Shown in pieces: positions 19,522-29,014 of a DNA stretch of 49,758 nt. Under the pieces are notes generated by a model. That model was not told the DNA's origin and made no database searches. It worked only from the letters and a program-made list of their open reading frames with translations. A program made the translations under genes and the position numbers. This stretch comes from Candidatus Moraniibacteriota bacterium (GTDB lineage: Bacteria; Patescibacteriota; Minisyncoccia; Moranbacterales; UBA9337). Position 1 is the first letter of the stretch, and each line of letters starts with the position of its first letter. The stretch spans positions 1-49,758 of the forward strand of contig JALNYX010000003.1 of NCBI GenBank assembly GCA_023229615.1. Reading direction: 5' to 3'.

Positions 19522-20520
19522 TTAATCCAAAGAAATTACTTTCTCAATTTCCTTCTCTAGAAAAATACTTAATGCCTTTGCTCCGCGATAATTGAGGTGA
19601 TCGGAATCGGATAAATAACCGGGATTATCAAAAAATTCATCCTGATAATCCAGCATCTGGATGCCCTCCCCTTTTTTCTTTGTCTTACTGATGATATCGT
19701 CAAAATTTGCATAATATTTTTCCGCATCAATATATTTTTCGGCTCCCGCAAGATATTCCTTTGAAACAGGGAATTTTATTAAAAATACTTCCACACCATT
19801 CTCTTGTGCTAAATCAATAATCTTGGAAAATTTCTCAACCAACAATTCGTCGAAATCTTCGGCATTTCTAAAATGAAATCTCGCTCTTTTTTCTCCTGTT
19901 TTCTTGCGATTTTCCGCCTTTTCAAAATCTTCATTCAAAGCCCGGTATCCCAATGTAACGTTGGCTTTGTTAGATTGCAAAAACAATTCAACAAAGCCAG
20001 TTCCCTTTCCGATAACCGGAACATATGTTTGCATCCACCGTTGCGTTTTGTTTTCCTCTTCAAATCGAACCATTTCTTCAAAAGGAACATATTTTTTCCA
20101 GTACCACAAATTTCCAAAATCTTTAACCCGAGTAGAAGAAAAAGAATGCAAATCAATCGAAAGCGCAATCGCTTTCGGCTTCTCTCCGTCACTTTCCAAT
20201 ATTTTTTTCACTTTGTAATATGTTTGAAAATAATTTTCTCCCGTAGATGCAAAATTAAAAGACCCGTTAATATATTGCGGATCAATCCCGGAAAGAACAT
20301 GCGAGTCTCCGAAAAAAATAATATCAAAATTTCCATCCCGATCCTCGAATTGCTTATCAGTTTTTCCTATAACCGTTTCAGGAACGACCCAGGCAAAATA
20401 CAAAGCATTCGAAACAAGCAAAAAAAGAGCCACGAAAAAACCAAGCACTGCAGCTTTTTTAAAAAAAACATATTTTGTATTTTCCGTGTTTTTCATATTA
20501 TCGGTTTTATTCCTGCGCAC
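19522..20520 (-). CDS. DltD/AlgJ-like SGNH-type acyl-transfer partner protein
   Basis: N-terminal TM, then IIFFGDSHVLSGIDP (GDS block). Immediately downstream of an MBOAT gene on the same strand. Confidence 0.6.
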   Translation of the reverse strand: MRRNKTDNMKNTENTKYVFFKKAAVLGFFVALFLLVSNALYFAWVVPETVIGKTDKQFEDRDGNFDIIFFGDSHVLSGIDPQYINGSFNFASTGENYFQTYYKVKKILESDGEKPKAIALSIDLHSFSSTRVKDFGNLWYWKKYVPFEEMVRFEEENKTQRWMQTYVPVIGKGTGFVELFLQSNKANVTLGYRALNEDFEKAENRKKTGEKRARFHFRNAEDFDELLVEKFSKIIDLAQENGVEVFLIKFPVSKEYLAGAEKYIDAEKYYANFDDIISKTKKKGEGIQMLDYQDEFFDNPGYLSDSDHLNYRGAKALSIFLEKEIEKVISLD

Positions 20521-20552
20521 GCATTCCGATGAAGCGAACAGGAATCCGGAAA

Positions 20553-21998
20553 TTAAAATTGAAAATATATAAAATCAGTTTCTTCAAATACTCCGAATAA
20601 CAATATAACTGCCAGAATAATAATATAAACTGGATACCTGAAAAAAATCGATCTTTCTGAGAAAAATTTCCTGATTTTTATGTGCTCTTGCATCAGATGC
20701 ACCGATTCCATAAAAAAGATGGATAAAATAGCGACAATAAATTCAGCTTGTGAAAATCCCATATAAAATCTTTCGATGGATAATTCCGCTCCGGAAAAGA
20801 TATGCGAAATTATGTACCACGCGTCCGCCACATTGTCGGTTCTGAAAAATATCCATCCAAGTGCAACCAGATGAAAAGTGATAAAAATTTTCACAAAAGA
20901 ATGAACTTTGGGAATTTTCGACAAACCTATGATTTTGACAAAACTATTTCTAATATTTTCCGTAACTATTGAACCGACCAGATAGATTCCATGCAGACCG
21001 CCCCAAATCACAAAATTCCAATTGGCGCCGTGCCAAAGCCCGCTCACCAAAAAAACCACAAACAAATTGAAAAGCCACCTTGATTTCGCCACTCGATTTC
21101 CTCCCAGCGGAATATACAAATAATCGCGAAACCACGTCGAAAGAGATATGTGCCATCTTTTCCAAAACTCAGCAATGGACTTGGAAAAATACGGACGGCG
21201 GAAATTATCCATCAAATTATAACCCATTATTTGAGCCGATCCGATAGCGATGAGAGAATATCCGGCAAAATCACAATATATCTGAAATGAGAAAAAATAA
21301 GTCGCCAATAGCAACGGTAAGCCGGAATATTGCTCCGGATTGCCATATGCCTGCTCAACCGCCATTCCCAATCTGTCTGCAATCACCACTTTCAAAAAAA
21401 ATCCCCAAAGCATTATTTTCAATCCATCCGTAATTCGCTTGTAATCAAAGTCGAATTTTTTCCGAAATTGTGGCAAAAGATTGTCCGCTCTTTCAATCGG
21501 TCCGGCAACTAACTGAGGAAAGAAAGAAACATAGAGCGCGAAAATTCCAAAATGCCTCTCCGGTTTTATTCTTTCTCGGTAAACATCAATAGTATAGCTG
21601 AGCGATTGGAAAGTATAGAAAGATATTCCGACTGGGAGCAAGAGCTTGAGATGAATTGGATCAAACTGTAAGGAAAATTGATCAACAAACAAACGGAATG
21701 AATCGCTGAAAAAATTGAAGTATTTGAAAGTAAACAAAAGACCCAGGTTGAAAACAAAACTTGCAAACAAATATTTCTTTTTTTCATTCTTATCCTTTGC
21801 ATCCCCCATTTTAATGCCGGCATAATAATCAACTGCCGTAGACAGCAAAATCAAAACAGCATATTCCGGCTTCCAGCTCATATAAAAATAATAGCTGGCG
21901 ATCAGAAGCAAAATCCATCGGTACCTGTAAGGAATCCAAAAATACAACAGAATAACTGTCGGAAAAAATATCAAAAATTGAATAGAATTAAAAAGCAT
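20553..21998 (-). CDS. MBOAT family O-acyltransferase (AlgI/DltB-like)
   Basis: WHISLSTWFRDYLYIPLGGNR and SGLWHGANWNF (catalytic His region). Polytopic. Confidence 0.9.
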   Translation of the reverse strand: MLFNSIQFLIFFPTVILLYFWIPYRYRWILLLIASYYFYMSWKPEYAVLILLSTAVDYYAGIKMGDAKDKNEKKKYLFASFVFNLGLLFTFKYFNFFSDSFRLFVDQFSLQFDPIHLKLLLPVGISFYTFQSLSYTIDVYRERIKPERHFGIFALYVSFFPQLVAGPIERADNLLPQFRKKFDFDYKRITDGLKIMLWGFFLKVVIADRLGMAVEQAYGNPEQYSGLPLLLATYFFSFQIYCDFAGYSLIAIGSAQIMGYNLMDNFRRPYFSKSIAEFWKRWHISLSTWFRDYLYIPLGGNRVAKSRWLFNLFVVFLVSGLWHGANWNFVIWGGLHGIYLVGSIVTENIRNSFVKIIGLSKIPKVHSFVKIFITFHLVALGWIFFRTDNVADAWYIISHIFSGAELSIERFYMGFSQAEFIVAILSIFFMESVHLMQEHIKIRKFFSERSIFFRYPVYIIILAVILLFGVFEETDFIYFQF

Positions 21999-22097
21999 AT
22001 TTCAACTTACGTTTTCGTTTAATTATTGCCTGCATTAATATTTATCGTCTTTTGCAATATCAATAATAACATCGAAAAACCAAGACTGCAATTCGGA

Positions 22098-24830
22098 CTA
22101 TCTCAAGCTGTCAAATCCTTCAACCAAAAGAGATCCTGCTTCTTTTGTGATTTTTCCCTTTCGAACTTTTCCCTCAATGTATACAATAATTTGATTGATA
22201 TACATATCCCCGTTCGCTTCCATCCTTTTTAACAGTTTTTTTCTGATTACATCCGGAACTCCTTTTTGAGTTTGAATTCTCTCTATCACGCGATGGTAAT
22301 GCTCCAAAACTTTCGTGCACTGAACCAATCTATCCGCAATTGATTTTTGCAAAATCATTTTTAAGCCAAAATAATGGTTGATGTTATCCCTGAGAGCAGC
22401 CGGGCTTGTTTCTGTTTGAAAAATAATTTCTTTTTCACTCTTATTTTGTGCCTCATCATTAGCAGAAATTTTAAGGCTATGTTTTCCAAGATGCATCAAT
22501 GACAAATCCAGACTGTTTTCATCAAACTGATTTTCATCAAGCAAAATTTTCTTTTGAATATTTTCTTGACTTGTTTGATTATCAGTAATCTCATATTTCA
22601 AATCAAGCATCTGATTGTTGAGATATTCCTTTTCTTCAGGGGAGCTGATTTGAATTACCGGCGGGATAGTATCAATATTTCCCATAACGATCTCTCCTTC
22701 GGCAAGATTCATTTCTATTTCCTTTTCTTCTCCATTTTTGGCAATTCCCTTCTTGGAGGAGGAAATCTCAGAAACTTCCCCCGTTTCACTATCCTCTTGA
22801 ATTTTCACCGCCTGAATTTCATATTCTCCATCGCCCGTCCCCTGAGTCAAAATTTTATATTCACCATCTTGAGGATTAGGGATTATTGCAAATTCCACTT
22901 CTTCTCCAATATTTTCCCCATCTCCATTTTCAATATGATAGTTGAAATATATTGCGCCATCTCCAGTTTCATTGGCAATACCACTGCCAATCTCTCTTTT
23001 AATTCCATCCTTATCAGTATAAGAAACCTGAATATCAATCGGAGAAAAAACCAAAATCATCAGCCTGCCATCTTCCGGATATGGCATTGACAGCACCTCT
23101 GATTTCTTTCCGGAAATATATTCATAGGCAAAAGAAGATGCTTTGTTTGGCAAATCACCGTGCGTATAATTAGTTTTTATTTCTTCATCCGCAGGAATGA
23201 ACGTTGCGGAAGTGATAGGAACAGTTTGATCTCCCTCTCCCGTTTCCAATCCATGATCTCCGGGGAAAATTGAATCATAATTTTCCGGATAACCGTCTGG
23301 CCAAAAAGGACTTTTGTTTTCTGGCGTATCTTCAACTCGAATTGCAGTAATAGTCGAATCGTCTTTGGTTTTTCCAAAAATATTTATCATTTCTATGTTT
23401 TCAAGCTTGGCAATATTTTCTGTCTTATTCAAGTTTTCCAAAAATTCATTGCGGGGATAGTTTTCGTGATACTCTTTCATCTCTCCGGTTTCAGCGTCCT
23501 TGAGATAATCATAAACAGGAAGAAGTTCTTGCACGGATTTCATCGGAAGATTTTGAACATAATCAAAAATATTATCAAATCCATTTTCATGAGCCTCTAG
23601 GCTAATAATTTTTTCATCTATAAAATCTCCAATTTTAACCCCTACTTCTCCGGCTTCCCACATCAAATAATCTTTTGGTGCCCCCTGGTTAGGAGTTCCC
23701 AATGTCAACAATTGATCGACATCTTCGTCATAATACGCTGATTCAATGTATTCTCTTGCCACCAAACCGCCCATTGAATGAGCCACAACATCCACCCTTG
23801 GCCAATTTGCTTCCTTCTTCACTTCAAATATTTTCTGCTTCAATAATTCTGCCGTATCAACATTGCTGGCGCGCCAATTATATGGAAATTCAAACAAATC
23901 CTTCCCTTTTTCATATCCATTGCCTTCAAATTCTTCTATCAATCCTTCATATGAATGTTTAATTGGATCAAGTTTTAATTTGCTAATATCAGTCCATCGC
24001 CATGATCCAAGTATTCCTGGAATAATAATTACCGGATCATGAAAATCTTCTTTCTTCGCCCAATTGGAAAAATCAATATCGCCTTTTATTTTCACGTAAT
24101 TCAACACCATATCCAGCACAACAATCTTTTCCGGACCATCTTCGCTTCCCCACCAATTATATTGAAAATTCTGTTTTGGTACCGCAGAAAAAACATCCAG
24201 CTCTGAATTATTTTGAAACTTTGACCGATTAACTCTAATATCAAAAGAAGAATGTCCGTCAACATTATTATTCGACATTCCGACCGCTACGATATTGTCG
24301 TGAAAATTGCAATTTTCCAAATCCAGAACTCCTCCTGAAACAATATGCACAGCTCCAAGATACATTTTTTCGGCGGCTGTAGCAGAATTATATATTATTT
24401 TCTCATTCTGACCGATCAATATCGGCGGACCGAAAGCATCTCCTCCATCGCGGATATCGACATTTCGCATTCTAATTTCCCCTCCCGTGCTTGTATTAAT
24501 TGAATATTTTGCTGGAGAAACTTCTCCTTTAATTTTAACTGGATTTTTAGCTGTTCCGTCAACATTCAATTTCCCGTACACATTTAATGTCATCCATTTT
24601 TTGAATGTCACGGTGGATCCTTTCCCAATCGTAAGCGTCACCCCTTCTTTAACCACTACGGGTTTTTCTATTAATATTTCCCCTGTCCAGGTAATATCAC
24701 TGCTTATTTCCTCAAATTCAACTCCTTGCGCATCAGAAATACTGCTTCTTGAAATTGCACTGAAATCAAAAGGAGAAAAAATTATCAAAAAAATCAAACC
24801 CAACAAAGACAACTTTTTAACATTCTTCAT
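22098..24830 (-). CDS. 910-aa secreted multidomain protein: signal peptide, right-handed beta-helix-like region, alpha/beta-hydrolase (lipase-like) domain, Glu/Gly-rich beta region, helical C-terminus
   Basis: MKNVKKLSLLGLIFLIIFSPFDFSA signal peptide. IIIPGILGSW and VVAHSMGGLVA (GxSxG nucleophile elbow). Repeats typical of pectate-lyase-like folds. Confidence 0.75.
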   Translation of the reverse strand: MKNVKKLSLLGLIFLIIFSPFDFSAISRSSISDAQGVEFEEISSDITWTGEILIEKPVVVKEGVTLTIGKGSTVTFKKWMTLNVYGKLNVDGTAKNPVKIKGEVSPAKYSINTSTGGEIRMRNVDIRDGGDAFGPPILIGQNEKIIYNSATAAEKMYLGAVHIVSGGVLDLENCNFHDNIVAVGMSNNNVDGHSSFDIRVNRSKFQNNSELDVFSAVPKQNFQYNWWGSEDGPEKIVVLDMVLNYVKIKGDIDFSNWAKKEDFHDPVIIIPGILGSWRWTDISKLKLDPIKHSYEGLIEEFEGNGYEKGKDLFEFPYNWRASNVDTAELLKQKIFEVKKEANWPRVDVVAHSMGGLVAREYIESAYYDEDVDQLLTLGTPNQGAPKDYLMWEAGEVGVKIGDFIDEKIISLEAHENGFDNIFDYVQNLPMKSVQELLPVYDYLKDAETGEMKEYHENYPRNEFLENLNKTENIAKLENIEMINIFGKTKDDSTITAIRVEDTPENKSPFWPDGYPENYDSIFPGDHGLETGEGDQTVPITSATFIPADEEIKTNYTHGDLPNKASSFAYEYISGKKSEVLSMPYPEDGRLMILVFSPIDIQVSYTDKDGIKREIGSGIANETGDGAIYFNYHIENGDGENIGEEVEFAIIPNPQDGEYKILTQGTGDGEYEIQAVKIQEDSETGEVSEISSSKKGIAKNGEEKEIEMNLAEGEIVMGNIDTIPPVIQISSPEEKEYLNNQMLDLKYEITDNQTSQENIQKKILLDENQFDENSLDLSLMHLGKHSLKISANDEAQNKSEKEIIFQTETSPAALRDNINHYFGLKMILQKSIADRLVQCTKVLEHYHRVIERIQTQKGVPDVIRKKLLKRMEANGDMYINQIIVYIEGKVRKGKITKEAGSLLVEGFDSLR

Positions 24831-24863
24831 CTTGATTTTTTTCCATTAATAATTAATTATCTA

Positions 24864-25151
24864 TCAATTTTTAGGTTTATTACTTTTAAAGTATTTAACT
24901 ATTAAAATAATATTTATAATTGGCCAAATTAAAACATTAAAAATAAAAACAGCATAAGATGATGTTCCTATAAAATAAAAATAAGACAATATATTAAGAA
25001 AAATAGATCCAATCAATAGACCTTTAAATTTATTTTTTTTATAAAAAATAAATACACTAACAAAAATAACAACCAATAATATTACTGCCACCCAATTAGC
25101 AATAAATTCTCCCAGCCCAATAGAATCAATCATAACGTTTTCACTTCCCAA
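24864..25151 (-). CDS. Small 3-TM membrane protein
   Basis: 95 aa, hydrophobic. 33 nt upstream of the 910-aa gene. A promoter lies upstream. Confidence 0.5.
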   Translation of the reverse strand: MGSENVMIDSIGLGEFIANWVAVILLVVIFVSVFIFYKKNKFKGLLIGSIFLNILSYFYFIGTSSYAVFIFNVLIWPIINIILIVKYFKSNKPKN

Positions 25152-25228
25152 TCCCCACTCTCAATAAAAATATCTAAAGCGGAATTGGAATTTTTTTATT
25201 TTAATTTTTATCTGTTATTACTCCTTAA

Positions 25229-25258
25229 ATTATACCACTATCCGCTTCATTTTTTCAA
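25229..25258 (-). promoter_or_regulatory. Sigma70-like promoter for 25151->22098
   Basis: Minus strand reads TTGAAA-N18-TATAAT with extended -10 TGGTATAAT. Confidence 0.55.
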
Positions 25259-25359
25259 CACTCAATCCATTTTGTCTTTTTTACCGCTGAAATATTCAGC
25301 ATCAAACCAACCGCAAAACCGGACATTTTCATTTCCTTTTGACACCGCACAACCTCCTC

Positions 25360-25388
25360 TTGCGCTATTTTTCAATAAATGCTATATT
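25360..25388 (+). promoter_or_regulatory. Sigma70-like promoter for the small secreted protein gene
   Basis: TTGCGC-N17-TATATT with TGc extended -10. The predicted start near 25395 excludes the ATG at 25392. Confidence 0.5.
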
Positions 25389-25430
25389 TAGATGTATAAA
25401 TTTATAAGCTCAATATTTAGATTTAACCAA

Positions 25431-25784
25431 ATGAATATCTTAACAAAAAAAATCATAGGAACTTCCGTTCTTTTTTCAATTCTCCTTGCTGGAACAGCCT
25501 TTTCCGCCACATCAGCAGAAGCGAAAAAAGAAATCATTGAAAAAATTGTTGCGAAAACATATAACGGAACAGTGATTGAATTCGGTAAAAATGAAATAAA
25601 AATCGAAACTTCTAGCGACAAATCCGTCACTATCAACATAACAGAAGAAACGGAATTCACCGAAGACGTGCTGGTTGGAGATGATGTTACAATAGCAACA
25701 GTGCAGACCGATGATAACAAAATTGCAGCCAAAACTGTCAGAGTAAAAAACAGACACCGCTACGGACATGGAAATGGAAATTAA
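25431..25784 (+). CDS. Small secreted protein (117 aa)
   Basis: Starts MNILTKKIIGTSVLFSILLAGTAFSATSAEA (signal peptide). The longer ORF-track start at 25392 lies at or before the predicted transcription start. Confidence 0.6.
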   Translation: MNILTKKIIGTSVLFSILLAGTAFSATSAEAKKEIIEKIVAKTYNGTVIEFGKNEIKIETSSDKSVTINITEETEFTEDVLVGDDVTIATVQTDDNKIAAKTVRVKNRHRYGHGNGN

Positions 25785-25811
25785 AAAATAACACAACTTT
25801 GTATAACACAT

Positions 25812-25840
25812 AAAAAGCCCGGAAAATGGGCTTTTTATTT
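25812..25840. terminator. Bidirectional intrinsic terminator between convergent genes
   Basis: aaaaagccc-ggaaaat-gggcttttt, with A-tract and T-tract on both sides. Confidence 0.7.
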
Positions 25841-25866
25841 TGCGCTATCTGGAGAATTTATTCTCA

Positions 25867-27516
25867 CTATTTAATCTTAAAGACTGTCATCGACTCAGAA
25901 TCATATTCTTTTTCGAAATAATCCGACGAATAAAGAGCGGAAAATTTCTCCCAATCATCCGTCTTAGCAACAACGAAATGAGACACTCCGGCACTCTTCC
26001 AAAATTCCCGGTCATCCGGAATTATCTCCCCTGAAAGCAACAAAACATGTTCATCCCAAATACTTTTTTCCGCTTCCAACAAAAGTCGGTTATCCATATT
26101 TTTTCCAGTAATCATTGTTTCCAGAAAAAAGGCATTAGCCGGATTAGCAACCATCGCTCTGTCGGCGAAATTCAATTCACAATACATATGCCAAGGCAAA
26201 AAAAGCACTTCATTTGTTTTAATATCCGCCTGAAGAACCGCCTCTGCCTCATACCAGCCCCGAGGATAATCATATGGCGCTATCTGACCATATGCCCCAA
26301 AAAGCAACGTACCCGCCCAGAGAAATGGAATAACTGCAACTGAAGCAGATGAGAAAAATCGCAAATAATTCTCTTTCTGAATATGCGCTATTTTCCCCAA
26401 ATACAAAACAACATAGGATATTCCCAATGGTGTCAAAAAAGCATAACTAAAGGCAATTATACCGGAGATTTTCTCCGTATCGCGCAATCCGCGAAAAAAA
26501 GGCAGCGTAGCGAAAAGAAAATCAATAATTGGACGAGTAAACGAATCGCCATAGCCAACAGAAAGCAAAAGAGCTGGAACAAAAACAACAGCTACTGCCC
26601 TAGCCAAAACATTTCTTCGACGAATTTCCATCAACGCCCCAATAAAAGAAAAAAACATTACCGCTAAAGCAACCATCCACCACCAAGAAAAGAAATCCTT
26701 AAATTCCAAAAAATTACTACTCCAAAATCCATACAACGCCAGCACATTGAAATAGATTCCAAAATTCGGATCAGGCAAAGTGGAAAAAGCTTCAAAATCG
26801 CCAAGAGTAATATTGGAGAAAGTCTGGGAAGAATCAAAAAATCCTGCCAGCCAGAAACCATTGACCGCAAAAAATATTGCCACTAATATAGTCATTTTCA
26901 AAAAAACATTCCTCCATCCTCCCGACTCAAAATTTTCAACACTATCAACTTTTGACTTTTCAGATTTTATAGACTTAACAATCCCATAAACCAGCAAAAA
27001 CCCAGAGGCGATATATGCCCAATGGATACTGACAATCGGATAAACAGAAAAAACCAAAGCGAAAGCGACGAATCGCCGCCAAGTCCGAAGTTCGAAATAA
27101 CGATCAAGAAAAAACACGCTTACAGGGAAAAAACCATATCCCAACATCACTATCCAATGTCCAGCCATCAAGCGCTCACAAACATATAGATTGAGCATAT
27201 ACAGCAATCCCGCTCCTGTGGCAAGCGAACGACTCATATATCGCAAAGAAAGTCGATACATTGCAATCCCAGGCAAAAACAAAACCCCTGCCAAAACTAT
27301 TTTTTGCAAAACTTCCGCTGAAAAAAAATGATGCAACAAGAGCAACACCATTTGAAGTGGAAACCCTGAATCAATTCCTTTTCGCGCGATATCAGAAAAA
27401 TCCATTCCTGGACCCCAAACCATATCAATCAAAAACACAAAACCCGACCCAAAAAAAGGAGCTACGATCGCCGCAGTCAAACCGGAGAATATTAAAATAG
27501 GATAATACTTTTTCAT
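25867..27516 (-). CDS. Polytopic membrane protein (GT-C/polymerase-like), unknown specificity
   Basis: 549 aa with more than 12 hydrophobic segments and a soluble C-terminal approx. 120 aa. ATGA-type overlap with the upstream 137-aa gene. Confidence 0.65.
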   Translation of the reverse strand: MKKYYPILIFSGLTAAIVAPFFGSGFVFLIDMVWGPGMDFSDIARKGIDSGFPLQMVLLLLHHFFSAEVLQKIVLAGVLFLPGIAMYRLSLRYMSRSLATGAGLLYMLNLYVCERLMAGHWIVMLGYGFFPVSVFFLDRYFELRTWRRFVAFALVFSVYPIVSIHWAYIASGFLLVYGIVKSIKSEKSKVDSVENFESGGWRNVFLKMTILVAIFFAVNGFWLAGFFDSSQTFSNITLGDFEAFSTLPDPNFGIYFNVLALYGFWSSNFLEFKDFFSWWWMVALAVMFFSFIGALMEIRRRNVLARAVAVVFVPALLLSVGYGDSFTRPIIDFLFATLPFFRGLRDTEKISGIIAFSYAFLTPLGISYVVLYLGKIAHIQKENYLRFFSSASVAVIPFLWAGTLLFGAYGQIAPYDYPRGWYEAEAVLQADIKTNEVLFLPWHMYCELNFADRAMVANPANAFFLETMITGKNMDNRLLLEAEKSIWDEHVLLLSGEIIPDDREFWKSAGVSHFVVAKTDDWEKFSALYSSDYFEKEYDSESMTVFKIK

Positions 27517-27926
27517 TTTTTCGACTTTCGATTTTCAATTTTAAACTCTATTATCTGCTTGACTACTCCGATAACTAAAAAGAAATATACCCAAACTGCC
27601 ACCTGTTCCGCCCAAGCCTCGCCGACCGGAAGAATGTTTCGATTAGCCAATGCCAGCAATATAGGAATAATCACCAATCCAACCAAAGCCGCTCCGATAG
27701 AAATTCGCGAATCCAAATTCCAAAAAACCAGCACGAAAAAAAACAGCCAGAAAAAAATTCCTTCCAAAGTAAAATTGGCAAAATAAAAAAGACCAAGAGC
27801 AATAATGAAAAAAAACGCTCCGCCCACTTTGTCCCGCCGGGTAGAATTTTTCACCGACAAAAAAAGTTTGCGAAAGAAATTCCCCGCATCTTCCGGCATA
27901 AAAATATAATCTTTCAATTTGAACAT
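27513..27926 (-). CDS. Small membrane protein (3-4 TM)
   Basis: 137 aa, hydrophobic. Coupled to the 549-aa gene. Confidence 0.55.
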   Translation of the reverse strand: MFKLKDYIFMPEDAGNFFRKLFLSVKNSTRRDKVGGAFFFIIALGLFYFANFTLEGIFFWLFFFVLVFWNLDSRISIGAALVGLVIIPILLALANRNILPVGEAWAEQVAVWVYFFLVIGVVKQIIEFKIENRKSKK

Positions 27927-27939
27927 AAATTTATTTATA

Positions 27940-27967
27940 ATTATAACTTACACAACCAACCTTACAA
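27940..27967 (-). promoter_or_regulatory. Sigma70-like promoter for 27926->25867
   Basis: Minus strand reads TTGTAA-N16-TATAAT. The -10 ends 13 nt before the ATG, implying a very short leader. Confidence 0.45.
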
Positions 27968-27997
27968 CGCACGCCTCTTTATTATTGGATTATTAAA

Positions 27998-28033
27998 TGT
28001 GTCATTTAAATACGGCCGACGTAAGATGACACA
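27998..28033 (+). repeat. 36-bp composite palindrome, copy 1 (A.C type)
   Basis: TGTGTCATTTAAATACGGCCGACGTAAGATGACACA. It abuts the stop codon (28034-28036) of the PaaX-like gene. Confidence 0.9.
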
Positions 28034-28594
28034 TTAAATCAATTTGGAGAAATGCTTTTTCAAGACCGCTTCATTATCAATCTTTGTTGCCGTAATCACT
28101 CGGACATATCGTTCAGCACCATAAAGCGCTGTCAATTCCAAAATGGATTTTTCGCAAGGGTACGGCGACACAAACACACTATGTTGCAATTTGCGAAATT
28201 TGAGATTATGCAAATGTTCGCGCAATATATCTCGAAAAAGCCGATCTTTTTCAGGAACATCAAAAAGCACCACTCGCCACTTGCTATCCCAACGTTTCGG
28301 TTTTTTAAACATTATAGATCCACCGAGAAAATCCAACTTCCTGGCTTGTATTTTTCCCCTTGCAGTAAGAACCAACTCAAAAGATCCATCAGGAAGCTCA
28401 TTTTCTTTGATTAGTTTTTCTCTGGAAAGGGTGCGAATTGAACGGTTAAAATTTCGCTGATCAATATTTTTCCACTCACGTCGCACTTGACGCAATGTTT
28501 TGAAGTATTGCCTGGGAGATGAAGCACAACCAAGCGCCACTCCGCCCATAAGCGTAAGAAGGATTTTTTGCTGTACTGATCCGAATTTATACAT
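28034..28594 (-). CDS. PaaX-like small regulator (winged-helix N-terminus plus Cas2/VapD-like ferredoxin-fold domain)
   Basis: WRVVLFDVPEKDRLFRDILREHLHNLKFRKLQHSVFVSP matches the PaaX middle-domain pattern (W..V.FD.PE..R..R..LR..L...F..LQ.SV). N-terminal helix-rich segment. Confidence 0.55.
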   Translation of the reverse strand: MYKFGSVQQKILLTLMGGVALGCASSPRQYFKTLRQVRREWKNIDQRNFNRSIRTLSREKLIKENELPDGSFELVLTARGKIQARKLDFLGGSIMFKKPKRWDSKWRVVLFDVPEKDRLFRDILREHLHNLKFRKLQHSVFVSPYPCEKSILELTALYGAERYVRVITATKIDNEAVLKKHFSKLI

Positions 28595-28602
28595 ATTAAC
28601 AA

Positions 28603-28713
28603 TGTATCATAATTCCACGACCGACGGAAGATGACACAAAAAACAGGGATTACATACTATACTATTGGATTAAAAAATGTGTCATTTAGATACGGCCGAC
28701 GGTAGATGACACA
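28603..28713 (+). repeat. Two 36-bp palindromes: copy 2 (28603-28638, hybrid B.C type) and copy 3 (28678-28713, A.C type), separated by a 39-nt linker
   Basis: TGTATCATAATTCCACGACCGACGGAAGATGACACA and TGTGTCATTTAGATACGGCCGACGGTAGATGACACA. The linker is homologous to 32503-32541. Confidence 0.9.
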
Positions 28714-28714
28714 A

Positions 28715-28750
28715 ATAGAAGATTCTGTGAAGACTTCTATTTTAATTTTA
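28715..28750 (+). terminator. Hairpin plus T-tract (terminator-like), copy 1
   Basis: atagaag-N12-cttctat followed by tttaatttta. A near-identical copy lies at 32715-32750. Confidence 0.4.
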
Positions 28751-28795
28751 TCGCATCCTCCACTGCCCTTGCTAATTTCCTTGCCTTCCTTCTTT

Positions 28796-29011
28796 TCACA
28801 AAATTTTACCCTGTTTAATTTTTCTTTTATTTAACATGGCATAACCCAAATACCCAAGACAGCCAAACAATGTTGTTCCACTTATTAGCAAGCCTAAATA
28901 GAACCATCTTTGGGGGAAGAATTCGATGGTCATTTCTTCAATGTCATAACTACCGTCATCATTCAAAATACAGCCCGTACTTTCAACTCTATAACTTTCT
29001 ACTTTATACAC
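28796..29011 (-). pseudogene. Displaced paralogous copy of the C-terminal membrane-anchor segment of the 1044-aa protein
   Basis: Encodes ...NDDGSYDIEEMTIEFFPQRWFYLGLLISGTTLFGCLGYLGY..., compared with LNADGSYDIEMTIEFFPQRWFYLGLLISGTTLAGCLGYLGY at 32816-33010. A 29-nt identical core lies at 28896-28924 = 32940-32968. Confidence 0.7.
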
Positions 29012-29014
29012 TTT

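Noticed and set aside
19873-20532. Long antisense ORFs, such as 19873-20532, 42552-43175, 43270-43713, 43760-44272, 44497-45234, 45367-45954, 28052-28414 and 38294-38677.
   Set aside because: Each lies entirely opposite a gene with strong family motifs. Their products are low-complexity and rich in Arg, Ser, Pro, His, Asn or Ile, with no recognisable domains. They are typical shadow ORFs of the GC-richer segments.
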